Positions 9,400-17,863 of a DNA stretch of 32,000 nucleotides are shown one piece after another; position 1 is the stretch's first letter, and each line of letters begins with the position of its first letter. The translations under genes were made by a program, and so were the position numbers. Below the pieces are notes generated by a model. The model ran no database searches. It saw only the letters and a list, made by a program, of their open reading frames with translations, and was not told the DNA's origin. Origin of the DNA: Candidatus Iainarchaeum sp. (GTDB lineage: Archaea > Iainarchaeota > Iainarchaeia > Iainarchaeales > CSSED10-239); NCBI GenBank assembly GCA_028700115.1, contig JAQVTI010000001.1, positions 1 to 32,000 on the forward strand, in the 5' to 3' direction.

Positions 9400-10028
9400 T
9401 TAAACTAATTGTTTTTGATTTATGGTCAACTCTTGCAACCAGAACAAATCCACATTATCATTTTTCTATAGAAATTAAAAATGAATTTAAACTAAAATTA
9501 GATGAAAATAAAATAATTAGTATATTTGAAGAAAGTGTTCAAACAAAATTTTGGGAAAATGAATATGATGCTTATAAAGAATTTACTAAAAATATTAAAA
9601 TCCCCCTAACTAAAAAAAATATTTTTAAAATAATAGAATTTAGAGAAAGAGCTGAAAAAAATATTAGACTTTATGACTTTACAATTAAACTACTTAAAAA
9701 ATTAAAAAAAAAAGGATATAAAATAGGTCTTTTAACAAACAGTTCTAGATTTATTTATGATTCTATAAAACAAAAAACAAATTTATTAGAATATATTGAT
9801 TATCCACTGTTTTCATATCAAGTAGGTCTAGTTAAACCCCAAGAATTATTTTATATTACAATACAAGAAAAAGCAAATATAAAAAACCCTAAAGAAATTT
9901 TAATGATAGGAGATAATTACGAAAAAGATTATAAAACTCCAAAAAGTTTAGGTTGGAATGCAATACATTTTAAAAACTCATATAATAATTTAAAAAAAGA
10001 ATTAGAAAAAAATAATATTAAAATTTAA
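9396..10028 (+). CDS. HAD-superfamily hydrolase
   Basis: FDLWSTLATR (motif I-like), GLLTNSS (motif II), KPQELF and GDNYEKDYKTPKSLGW (motifs III/IV). TTG start overlaps the upstream stop (TTGA), preceded by AAAGGGG. Confidence 0.85.
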   Translation: MIKLIVFDLWSTLATRTNPHYHFSIEIKNEFKLKLDENKIISIFEESVQTKFWENEYDAYKEFTKNIKIPLTKKNIFKIIEFRERAEKNIRLYDFTIKLLKKLKKKGYKIGLLTNSSRFIYDSIKQKTNLLEYIDYPLFSYQVGLVKPQELFYITIQEKANIKNPKEILMIGDNYEKDYKTPKSLGWNAIHFKNSYNNLKKELEKNNIKI

Positions 10029-10102
10029 AAAAAATAAAAAAATATTTTTTATTAAAAAAAATATTTAAAAAAAGGTAAATGTTAAATAAATTAAATAAAT
10101 AT

Positions 10103-10294
10103 TTAAACTAAATTTACATTTACTGCTTTAGGACCTTTTTCACCGTCTTCAACTTCGAAAGTTACTGCAACGCCGTCTTTGATTCCTCTTTTGTCAATTA
10201 CTCCAGTTTCATGAACAAAATAGTCTTTACCATCTTCTCCACTTATAAAACCGAATCTTTTTTTGAAGTTATAAAACTTTATTGTACCGTTCAT
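10103..10294 (-). CDS. Cold-shock domain protein (CspA family)
   Basis: GTIKFYNFKKRFGFISGEDGKDYFVHETGV...GVAVTFEVEDGEKGPKAVNV. Confidence 0.93.
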   Translation of the reverse strand: MNGTIKFYNFKKRFGFISGEDGKDYFVHETGVIDKRGIKDGVAVTFEVEDGEKGPKAVNVNLV

Positions 10295-10556
10295 TTTTTA
10301 TTCACACTTTTTGTTATTATTATACTTTGGATAATATCTTATATAAAAATATTATTAGTATACAAAATATTTAAAGATAGGAAAGTTTATAAATAGATTT
10401 AAATTAAAAATAATTAATTTAATCTATTAATTAAGTTAATAAATACATTATATAATTTAGAAAATGCAAACCATTTTTTACCTAAATCTTTTAAAAATAC
10501 TTTTTAAAAAATCATATTTTATTCAAATTTTATTTTAAAGACACAAATTGGGACCT

Positions 10557-10622
10557 TTAATAATCATGCCCTGCACATAAAATATCTATTTCTAAATCTT
10601 TTAATTTATCTAAAGATTCTTG
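10557..10622 (-). pseudogene. C-terminal remnant of a metallo-beta-lactamase-fold protein
   Basis: The minus strand reads ...ESLDKLKDLEIDILCAGHDY*, the typical SLxxLxxLxxDILCPGHG tail. It is cut off abruptly by livK-like sequence on the opposite strand. Confidence 0.5.
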
Positions 10623-11335
10623 TTAATGAAATTAATGAAAAAGGAGGAATTAATGGTAATAAATTAAATATAGTTTTTGAAGATGGTAAATGTAATAATA
10701 CATATTCAGTAAATTCAATTAATAAATTAATAAATATAGACAATACAAAAGTAGTAATTGGTGGAATTTGTTCATCTGAAACAATTGCAGCAGCACCAAT
10801 TGCAGAAAATAATAAAGTCATTTTATTTTCTCCTGCTTCAGGAAGTCCAAACATAACATATTCAGGAGAGTATATTTTTAGAAATATGGCAAGTGATGCA
10901 TATTCAGGTAAAAAAATTGCAGAAACTGCAGTACAAAATAAACATTTAAAAATAGCAATAATTACAGAAAACACAGAATATGCAATTTCACTTTCTAAAG
11001 TTTTTAGAGAACATTATAATAGATTAGGCGGAGAAATTGTAATTGAAGAAAAATTTGAAACAAATACAAATGATTTTAAAACAATTATTGCAAAAATAAA
11101 TTCAAAAGAAATAGATGCAATATATATAAACCCACAAACTCCACAAACATTTACAATTCTTTTAAAACAATTAAAAGAAAATGGAATTAACAAACAACTA
11201 TATGGAAATGAATATACAAGAAGTAAAGAAGTTTTAGAAAATTTTTCTAAAGAAATTGAAGGAATTATTTTTGCAGAAGCAAACTTTAATGAAAATGATG
11301 CTTTAACAAAATCTAGAACCTTTTATGGGATCTAA
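10622..11335 (+). pseudogene. Truncated branched-chain amino acid ABC transporter substrate-binding protein (livK-like) lacking its N-terminus and signal peptide
   Basis: The frame reads VNEINEKGGINGNKLNIVFEDGKC...VVIGGICSSETIAAAPIAENNKVILFSPASGSPNIT...IFRNMASDAYSGKK... before the first in-frame ATG at 10886. The first third of a normal LivK is missing and so is the C-terminal region. Confidence 0.8.
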
Positions 11336-11555
11336 TTTAATGATTAAAGGATTTACTGGAGCTGTAATTGGTGGAATCACTTCAGTTCCCGGAGCAATTA
11401 TTGGATCTTTTCTTTTAGGAATTGTTGAAAATCTAGGAATTTGGTTTTTACCTTCTGGTTACAAGGATGCAATTGCATTTACATTATTATTTATATTTTT
11501 ATTATTTAAACCAAATGGAATTTTAGGAATAAATAAAGGACATAAGAAAGATTAA
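11325..11555 (+). pseudogene. C-terminal fragment of LivH-like permease
   Basis: EPFMGSNLMIKGFTGAVIGGITSVPGAIIGSFLLGIVENLG... is the C-terminal third of a LivH permease; nothing LivH-like lies upstream, where livK sequence abuts. Confidence 0.8.
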
Positions 11556-11557
11556 GA

Positions 11558-12430
11558 ATGATTTCAGCATATTTAATACATTTATTAATAATTATTTTAA
11601 TTCAATTAATCTTAAGTATGTCTTTACAAATTTCTATTGGATACAGTGGACTTTTAAACTTTGGACATATTGCATTTTATGCAATTGGAGCATATACTTC
11701 TGCTCTTTTAACAATTAATGGTTGTCCTTTTATATTAGCAATAATACTTGCAGGAATAATTCCTTGCATATTTGCATATATTCTATCTATTCCTACAAAT
11801 AAACTAAAAGGAGATTATTTAGGTCTTGCAACAATTGGTTTTTCTTTTTTAATATATGCAGTTTTAATTAATTGGATTGATTTAACAAGAGGACCTTTAG
11901 GAATTCCTGGAATTCCAAAACCTGAAATTTTAGGAATTGTATTTAATAGTAATATTTTATTTTTAATACTTACAATTGTTTTTACAATTTTAAGTTTGTT
12001 TATAATAAATAAAATTATAAAATCTAAATTTGGTTTATTACTTCAAGCAACAAGAGATGATGAAATTGCAGTTAAGTCTTTAGGAAAAAATACTTTTAAA
12101 ATAAAAACAATAGGACTTATGCTTTCTGCTTTTTTTGCAGGAATTGCAGGATCTTTATTTACTCATTTTATAACTTTTATAGATCCTTCTTCTTTTACAT
12201 TTATGGCATTAATCCCAGTTATTTCAATTATAATAGTTGGAGGGTTAGCATCTATTAAAGGAACTATTATTGCAACAGTTGTTTTGACATTAATTCCAGA
12301 AATATTAAGATTTGTAGGACTACCTTCTTCTTTAGTTGGTCCTGGTAGACAAATAATATATGCTTTGATTTTAATTATTATTTTAATATATTTCCCAAAA
12401 GGATTTTATGGAAAAGTAGAATTAGAATAA
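11558..12430 (+). CDS. livM: Branched-chain amino acid ABC transporter permease LivM (intact)
   Basis: SIGYSGLLNFGHIAFYAIGAYTSALL, GDYLGLATIGFSFL, LLQATRDDEIAVKSLGKNTFKIKTIGLMLSAFFAGIAGSL and IIIVGGLASIKGTIIAT. Confidence 0.9.
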   Translation: MISAYLIHLLIIILIQLILSMSLQISIGYSGLLNFGHIAFYAIGAYTSALLTINGCPFILAIILAGIIPCIFAYILSIPTNKLKGDYLGLATIGFSFLIYAVLINWIDLTRGPLGIPGIPKPEILGIVFNSNILFLILTIVFTILSLFIINKIIKSKFGLLLQATRDDEIAVKSLGKNTFKIKTIGLMLSAFFAGIAGSLFTHFITFIDPSSFTFMALIPVISIIIVGGLASIKGTIIATVVLTLIPEILRFVGLPSSLVGPGRQIIYALILIIILIYFPKGFYGKVELE

Positions 12431-12437
12431 ATAAAAA

Positions 12438-12490
12438 CTTAACGCCGAAAAACAGCAAAAAACTATTTTTATAAAGATTTCGGCGTTAAA
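12438..12490. repeat. Direct repeat copy 1 (53 bp) with 12-bp inverted termini; attC-like site flanking the Fic gene
   Basis: CTTAACGCCGAAAAACAGCAAAAAACTATTTTTATAAAGATTTCGGCGTTAAA; differs from copy 2 at one base. TTAACGCCGAAA (12439-12450) is the reverse complement of TTTCGGCGTTAA (12478-12489). Confidence 0.97.
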
Positions 12491-12497
12491 TATATTT

Positions 12498-13460
12498 ATG
12501 TATTTAACTAAAAAAGTAATTAATGAAAAAACATATTTTTATCTTGAAGAAAAAATTAATAATAAAACAATAAATACATTCATAGGTGTAAATAAAATTA
12601 AAGATCCTAAAAAATTTAAAGAAATATTAAAAAAGCATAGATTAAACATTATTCTTAAAAAAATAAAAAATTCAAAAAAACAAAAATATATATCTACAAT
12701 TGAATTAATAGAACTTGAAAAAATAAAATATAATTTAAAATTATTAAAAAAATATTTTAAAGAAACATATAAACAATATAATGAAAATGAATATATACGT
12801 TATGCACAAGGAAGTGCAACTATAGAAGGAAACTCAATAAATTTACAAGAAGCCACATTAATTATTAATGAAAATTTAACAATTAGTGGTAAAACAATAA
12901 ATGAGGTTAAAGAAATACAAAACCTAAAAAATACTAGAAAAATAATAGATAAACTTCCAGAAATTACAGAAAAATTAATAAAAAAAATACATAAACAAAT
13001 AATGGATTCTTTTAAAGATAAAAACCCAGGAGAATATAGAAAAATACCAATATATGTTACAGGATCAAATATTAAAAGAACAAATTATAAAAATATATCT
13101 AAAGAAATAAATAAATTATTAGAATGGTATAATAAAAATAAAAAAATATTACATCCTATAGAATTAACAGCAATATTTCATATTTGGTTTGAAAATATAC
13201 ATCCATTTATAGATGGAAATGGAAGAGTTGGTAGAGAATTATTAAATTTAATTTTGTTAAAAAACGACTATCCAAGAATAATAATTAATTTAAAAAATAG
13301 ACAAGAATATATATCAATTTTAGAAAATTTACAAATAAAAGGTAAAAAAGAATATATTCAATTTTCTAAATTCATTTATAATTTATTATTAGATAAATCA
13401 AAGGAAATAGAAGAAGAAATTAATAATAATATAGAATTAATTTTAAACAAAATAACTTAA
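12498..13460 (+). CDS. Fic-domain protein (predicted AMPylase/DOC-like) with N-terminal inhibitory helix motif
   Basis: HPFIDGNGRVGRELLN matches the Fic core HPFx(D/E)GNGRxxR. Upstream GSATIEGNS matches the (S/T)xxxE(G/N) autoinhibitory motif. Confidence 0.95.
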   Translation: MYLTKKVINEKTYFYLEEKINNKTINTFIGVNKIKDPKKFKEILKKHRLNIILKKIKNSKKQKYISTIELIELEKIKYNLKLLKKYFKETYKQYNENEYIRYAQGSATIEGNSINLQEATLIINENLTISGKTINEVKEIQNLKNTRKIIDKLPEITEKLIKKIHKQIMDSFKDKNPGEYRKIPIYVTGSNIKRTNYKNISKEINKLLEWYNKNKKILHPIELTAIFHIWFENIHPFIDGNGRVGRELLNLILLKNDYPRIIINLKNRQEYISILENLQIKGKKEYIQFSKFIYNLLLDKSKEIEEEINNNIELILNKIT

Positions 13461-13508
13461 CGCCGAAAAACAGCAAAAAACTATTTTTGTAAAGATTTCG
13501 GCGTTAAA
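13456..13508. repeat. Direct repeat copy 2 (53 bp) flanking the Fic gene
   Basis: CTTAACGCCGAAAAACAGCAAAAAACTATTTTTGTAAAGATTTCGGCGTTAAA; the single difference from copy 1 is A to G. The Fic stop codon (13458-13460) is embedded in it. Confidence 0.97.
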
Positions 13509-13539
13509 CAAATTTTTAAAAATAAAAAGAATTTACACA

Positions 13540-15243
13540 TTAATGTGTAAACCAGAAATTATAAACTTTATTTCCATCAACTTCTTCAATTGAATCAAGT
13601 CTACAAAAACCAAATCTCTCAAACTGAATAACTTCTCCAACTTCTAATTGAGAAATATGCTTTTCTGCTTTTGTTTTAATTAATTCATGCTCTGGAGTAA
13701 AAACAGTTACATCAACTAATTGAGAATTATCTTTTGGAAGAAAATGTATTATTTTCTTATTTGAATTTTCTTCTTTTTTAAAATCCATATAATCAATTGA
13801 TTCAAATTCTAGATTATCTAAATCTTTAAATCTAAAATTTAGATTATCCATAAGTCTAATTAATTGTCCTTCTTTAAAAGAATCAAAATCTTCCTTTTCA
13901 ATCAAATAAGTTCCATTTGAAACAAAATCTCTTTTTCCTAAATCTAAATTAGGATGAACTGAAAGAGAATATTTTTGTTTAGGATCATTTTTAATAATAA
14001 TTTCAATTGGATCTTTAACTAAGAAAAATCTTTTTGAAGTATCATTTAAAACTCTTTTATTGCATTTGATTAAAGAATCCCAAGTTAAAGTTGAACCAGA
14101 AGACTTAGTTATTCCTGTCTCAACTAACATATCCTCCATTGCCTTTGGAGAAAAACCTCTTCTTTTTAGAGATGTAAGTGTTGGTAGAGATGGGTCATCC
14201 CAACCAATAAGTTCACCAGATTCAACTTTTTCTCTAATAACTCTACCAGAAGAAAGCATTCCTTCTAGATTAAGTCTAGAAAATTCATATGTAGTTGTAT
14301 CATATAAACCTAATAATTTTCTAATATAATGATGAAGTTCAGAAGCCATTTCAAACTCAACTGTTCTTAATCTATGAGTTACTCCAAAATAACCATCTAA
14401 AACTGAGTTTTGGAAATCATATGTAGGAAATAATCTAAATTTATAACCATGCCTTGGATGTTCTGCATCAATTATTCTAAATATTGTTGGATCTCTCATT
14501 CTTGCGTTTTTGTGAGACATATCAATTTTAAGTCTTAGAGAAGCTTTTCCTTCTTCCATGTCCTTTTTCATTTTCTCCCAATCAATTAGATTTTCCTGAG
14601 GAGATTTATTTCTACAAGCACAGCTTTGTTTTTTGTTTCTGTTTTCAGACATTTCTTCAGGGGAACAAAAACAAACATATGCTTGGTTTTTTATAATTAA
14701 TTTTTCTGCAAAATCTATTAATGTTTGAATATGGTCTGATGCATAAATTAATTTATCCCATTTAACACCAAGCCAAGAAATATCATCTTGCATAACTTGA
14801 TAAAACTCTGGTTTTACATTTTTTGGATTTGTATCTTCAAATCTTAAATGAAATTTCCCATTATATTGTTTTGCAAGTAAATAGTTAAGTAAAATACCTT
14901 TAGCATGACCTATATGATAGTGCTTTTCAGGAGAAGGCGGAAAAGCAGAAACAACTTTTTCTCCTTCTTTAATATTTAAAAATGCAAAAATATTTCTTTC
15001 TTCTTTTTCTTTATTAAAAAAACCAGGATTAATTTTTTTAAGTTCTTCTTTTTGCTCATCTAATGATAATTTATTTATTTCATCTACAATTGGAGACAAA
15101 ACTTCTTTAAGTTCATTTATCTTAGATCTCCATTCTGGAAAATCTTTTAAGATAGCACCAAATATGAATTTCACATTAGCATCTCCTTTATGCTTGATTG
15201 CATTTTCTAATATTTTTTCTTTAAATTTTAAATTATCATCCAT
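13540..15243 (-). CDS. gltX: Glutamyl-tRNA synthetase, archaeal type
   Basis: SAFPPSPEKHYHIGHAKG (HIGH motif), LRFEDTNP, GWDDPSLPTLTSLKRRGFSPKA. Confidence 0.93.
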   Translation of the reverse strand: MDDNLKFKEKILENAIKHKGDANVKFIFGAILKDFPEWRSKINELKEVLSPIVDEINKLSLDEQKEELKKINPGFFNKEKEERNIFAFLNIKEGEKVVSAFPPSPEKHYHIGHAKGILLNYLLAKQYNGKFHLRFEDTNPKNVKPEFYQVMQDDISWLGVKWDKLIYASDHIQTLIDFAEKLIIKNQAYVCFCSPEEMSENRNKKQSCACRNKSPQENLIDWEKMKKDMEEGKASLRLKIDMSHKNARMRDPTIFRIIDAEHPRHGYKFRLFPTYDFQNSVLDGYFGVTHRLRTVEFEMASELHHYIRKLLGLYDTTTYEFSRLNLEGMLSSGRVIREKVESGELIGWDDPSLPTLTSLKRRGFSPKAMEDMLVETGITKSSGSTLTWDSLIKCNKRVLNDTSKRFFLVKDPIEIIIKNDPKQKYSLSVHPNLDLGKRDFVSNGTYLIEKEDFDSFKEGQLIRLMDNLNFRFKDLDNLEFESIDYMDFKKEENSNKKIIHFLPKDNSQLVDVTVFTPEHELIKTKAEKHISQLEVGEVIQFERFGFCRLDSIEEVDGNKVYNFWFTH

Positions 15244-15249
15244 ATTTAA

Positions 15250-15498
15250 TCATTTTAAAATATATTTATCTAAATCCTCTACAGTTTTAAATTTAACCCC
15301 TGAGCCAGGTTTATAAATTTTATCCCCTTCTTTTATTTTTTTAATAAAGTCAGGTTTTAATTCTGGTTTAAGCTCATTTTCATCATAATATCTAACTAAA
15401 AATGAAATAGTTTCAGATATATTTTTTAAATTATTTTTAGCTTTTATAATATTTAAAGTTTGATTTATATCTTCAGACAAATTCACCAATATTTTCAT
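15250..15498 (-). CDS. Small DUF2683-like/ribbon-helix-helix-type protein
   Basis: MKILVNLSEDINQTLNIIKAKNNLKNISETISFLVRYYDENELKPELKPDFIKKIKE resembles small archaeal RHH-like proteins. The internal ATG at 15498 is preferred over 15516. Confidence 0.5.
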   Translation of the reverse strand: MKILVNLSEDINQTLNIIKAKNNLKNISETISFLVRYYDENELKPELKPDFIKKIKEGDKIYKPGSGVKFKTVEDLDKYILK

Positions 15499-15588
15499 AA
15501 AAACCACAAATATCATAAAATAATAAAATATTCACAAATTTAGTACATTTTTACTAAAAATGTAAACAATAATAATTTTTCAAAGAAT

Positions 15589-16623
15589 CTATTCTTCAGG
15601 ATATGCTTCTTTGATAATTTCTTCTTTTCCTACAAACTTTTGTCTAATTGGTTCTAAAAGTTTATCAACTTCAACAGAGACTCCTTGCTTTAAATCCATT
15701 GGATGTAGATCTTTTGAAATAAAAGCCTTCTCTAAGTCCTCTTGTGTCTTAAATCTTAAAGACCCACCCCATTTTTCAGGTCTATCAATTACAAACTCTT
15801 CATTTTTGTCTTGCTTTTGAGTCATAATTAACAGTTTAGCAAAGTCTAAAACTCCATTCTCTGGATTTCCTTCTTCACAGTATGCTTTTTTCATTTTTTG
15901 CTTAATTGTATCTAAATTATCAATTAAGTCAATTTTTGAAGCTTTGTTTGAAGAAGACATCTTACCATCTGGAGTAAGTCCTCTAATAAAAGGAATCATT
16001 ACTTCAACTCTTGGTTTATATCCTAATTTAGGTAAAAACTCTCTTGCTAGAACAAATATTTTTCTTTGATCAATTGCTCCTAATTGAACATCTGCATCTA
16101 AATACACTTCATCAAGTGCTTGAAGTAATGGATATAATATCCCAGAAAGCTTAGGACTATCTTTTTGTTTTACAACATCACTTGATGCTTTTTCTGCATT
16201 TCTAATTGTTACTTCTGATGATAATTTATATAAATCTAGAACATATTCTTTAGATAATTGAAAATCAGATCCTTTAACTATTTCAAAGTTATCTAGGTTT
16301 CCACCTAAAGCTTCAATCATTCCAGTTATAACTATACTATAATATTTATATCTCTTTTCTAATAAATCCCAAGGAGTATTATCTAATGCACCATGTAAGT
16401 CTGCAAGTAAAACTTTAACTTTAAAACCAGCGTTTAAAAAGTCATTTAATTTTTGAGCCCATGTAAAATAACCAATATGTGGTCTACCTGTAACTGATGT
16501 TCCAAGATACACAACAGGTTGTTTTTTTTCTTCTAAAAGCTTTCTTAGTTCTTCTTCTGAAATAATTTCTTGTGTATTTCTTTTTATTAAATTTATTTTT
16601 TCATCTATATTCATTTCAATCAC
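15589..16623 (-). CDS. tyrS: Tyrosyl-tRNA synthetase, archaeal/eukaryotic type
   Basis: YLGTSVTGRPHIGYF (HIGH-like), ADLHGALD, and PDGKMSSSNKASKIDL (KMSKS-like). Confidence 0.92.
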   Translation of the reverse strand: MIEMNIDEKINLIKRNTQEIISEEELRKLLEEKKQPVVYLGTSVTGRPHIGYFTWAQKLNDFLNAGFKVKVLLADLHGALDNTPWDLLEKRYKYYSIVITGMIEALGGNLDNFEIVKGSDFQLSKEYVLDLYKLSSEVTIRNAEKASSDVVKQKDSPKLSGILYPLLQALDEVYLDADVQLGAIDQRKIFVLAREFLPKLGYKPRVEVMIPFIRGLTPDGKMSSSNKASKIDLIDNLDTIKQKMKKAYCEEGNPENGVLDFAKLLIMTQKQDKNEEFVIDRPEKWGGSLRFKTQEDLEKAFISKDLHPMDLKQGVSVEVDKLLEPIRQKFVGKEEIIKEAYPEE

Positions 16624-16729
16624 AGATTTTATATTTTATATATAATATATAATTAAAAACATATAAATAGCTATATTTTTAAAAAAATAAATAGATTTTT
16701 TAAAAATTTATAAAAATAAAAAAAAATAG

Positions 16730-16801
16730 CGCCTCGAGTAGGATTTGAACCTACGACCTATCGGTTAACAGCCGATTGCTCCGCCACTAAGCTACCGAGG
16801 C
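16730..16801 (-). tRNA. tRNA-Asn (anticodon GTT)
   Basis: The minus strand reads GCCTCGG TA GCTTAGTGGCGGAGC A ATCGG CTGTTAA CCGAT AGGTC GTAGG TTCAAAT CCTAC TCGAGGC G. All four stems pair, discriminator is G, and CCA is not encoded. Confidence 0.95.
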
Positions 16802-16909
16802 ATATTAGATTATCAATATTTAAATATTTTAAAAATAGTTTTTAATCTATAAATAAATATATAAACTAAAAGTATTTAAATATAACTCTATAGCTTAAAA
16901 ATCTAAAAA

Positions 16910-17767
16910 CTAAAAAACAAATAACCCTATTGTTAAAATATTTCTAAAACCTGTAGAAAAACCTAAAATTATAATAAATAATTTAAAAAATTTATTTTCA
17001 TCTTCACCTTTAATAAATTTATTAATTATTAATAAAAGAAAAAAAGAAAAAAAAATTTTAAAAAAAACAAATAAAAAAAAACTATTTGATAAAATTAAAC
17101 TAGATAAAATATGAGACTCTTTAAAAATATTAGGAAATAAAACTAAACCAGAAACACTAGTAATAGAATCTAAAATTTGAGAAAAAACTACAAGTTTATT
17201 TTCAAATGGTTTTAAAAGACTGAAATTAAATATTTTAAATATTAAAAAAATAAACAAAAAAAGCAAAATACAAAAAAATAAAATTATAAAAAAATAAAAA
17301 CTAAAAGAAAGATTAATAAAAACATAAAATAATAATATAAAAAAAGAAAAATATACAATTAATTCAATAAAAAATAACTTAGAAATATTAAACAATTTAG
17401 AAAAATATAATGATAATTCATAAAGAATTAAAAAAATAAGCCCTAAAAGAATAAAAATATTAGGATATATAGAATAAAAACCTAAACTGAGAGGATTTTT
17501 AGAAAAATCAATAATTTTTCCAATAGAGGAATAATTTTGAGAAAACATTCTTAAAATAGAACCTATTAATGAAAAACAAAAAACTAAACAAATAAATCTT
17601 AAATTAATTTTTTGATGCTTAAATCTCAAATATGGATAAATTATAAAAAAATATATAATAATACCAATAATTGAAAAAAGAAAAGTATTATAGATAGTAT
17701 AACCTTTATCAAATAAATTTAATCTTACAAAAAAATTTATAAGATTATTAATATATATACTATTCAT
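16910..17767 (-). CDS. Polytopic membrane protein, DUF63-like
   Basis: Multiple TM stretches; FSLIGSILRMF near the N-terminus and a layout reminiscent of the archaeal DUF63 family. Confidence 0.5.
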   Translation of the reverse strand: MNSIYINNLINFFVRLNLFDKGYTIYNTFLFSIIGIIIYFFIIYPYLRFKHQKINLRFICLVFCFSLIGSILRMFSQNYSSIGKIIDFSKNPLSLGFYSIYPNIFILLGLIFLILYELSLYFSKLFNISKLFFIELIVYFSFFILLFYVFINLSFSFYFFIILFFCILLFLFIFLIFKIFNFSLLKPFENKLVVFSQILDSITSVSGLVLFPNIFKESHILSSLILSNSFFLFVFFKIFFSFFLLLIINKFIKGEDENKFFKLFIIILGFSTGFRNILTIGLFVF

Positions 17768-17863
17768 TAAATAAAATATTATTAGAAAATATAATAAATT
17801 TAACTATTTATTAAAAACAAAAAAAGATTTATCTTTTTATAACTATTTACACATATATATATT

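Noticed and set aside
10211-10396. 61-aa plus-strand ORF
   Set aside because: Antisense to the cold-shock gene start and its upstream region; low-complexity hydrophobic translation only.
10395-10560. Long intergenic region considered for an ncRNA gene
   Set aside because: Only A/T-rich sequence with no convincing stem or box motifs by eye; better explained as scar tissue of the rearranged locus.
10606-10974. 122-aa minus-strand ORF
   Set aside because: Antisense to clear livK homology on the plus strand.
14060-14329. 89-aa plus-strand ORF
   Set aside because: Antisense within gltX.
15250-15516. Considered as the antitoxin of a toxin-antitoxin pair
   Set aside because: It resembles a DUF2683/RHH-type small protein, but no toxin partner is adjacent (neighbours are gltX and tyrS).
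15611-15820. 69-aa plus-strand ORF
   Set aside because: Antisense within tyrS.
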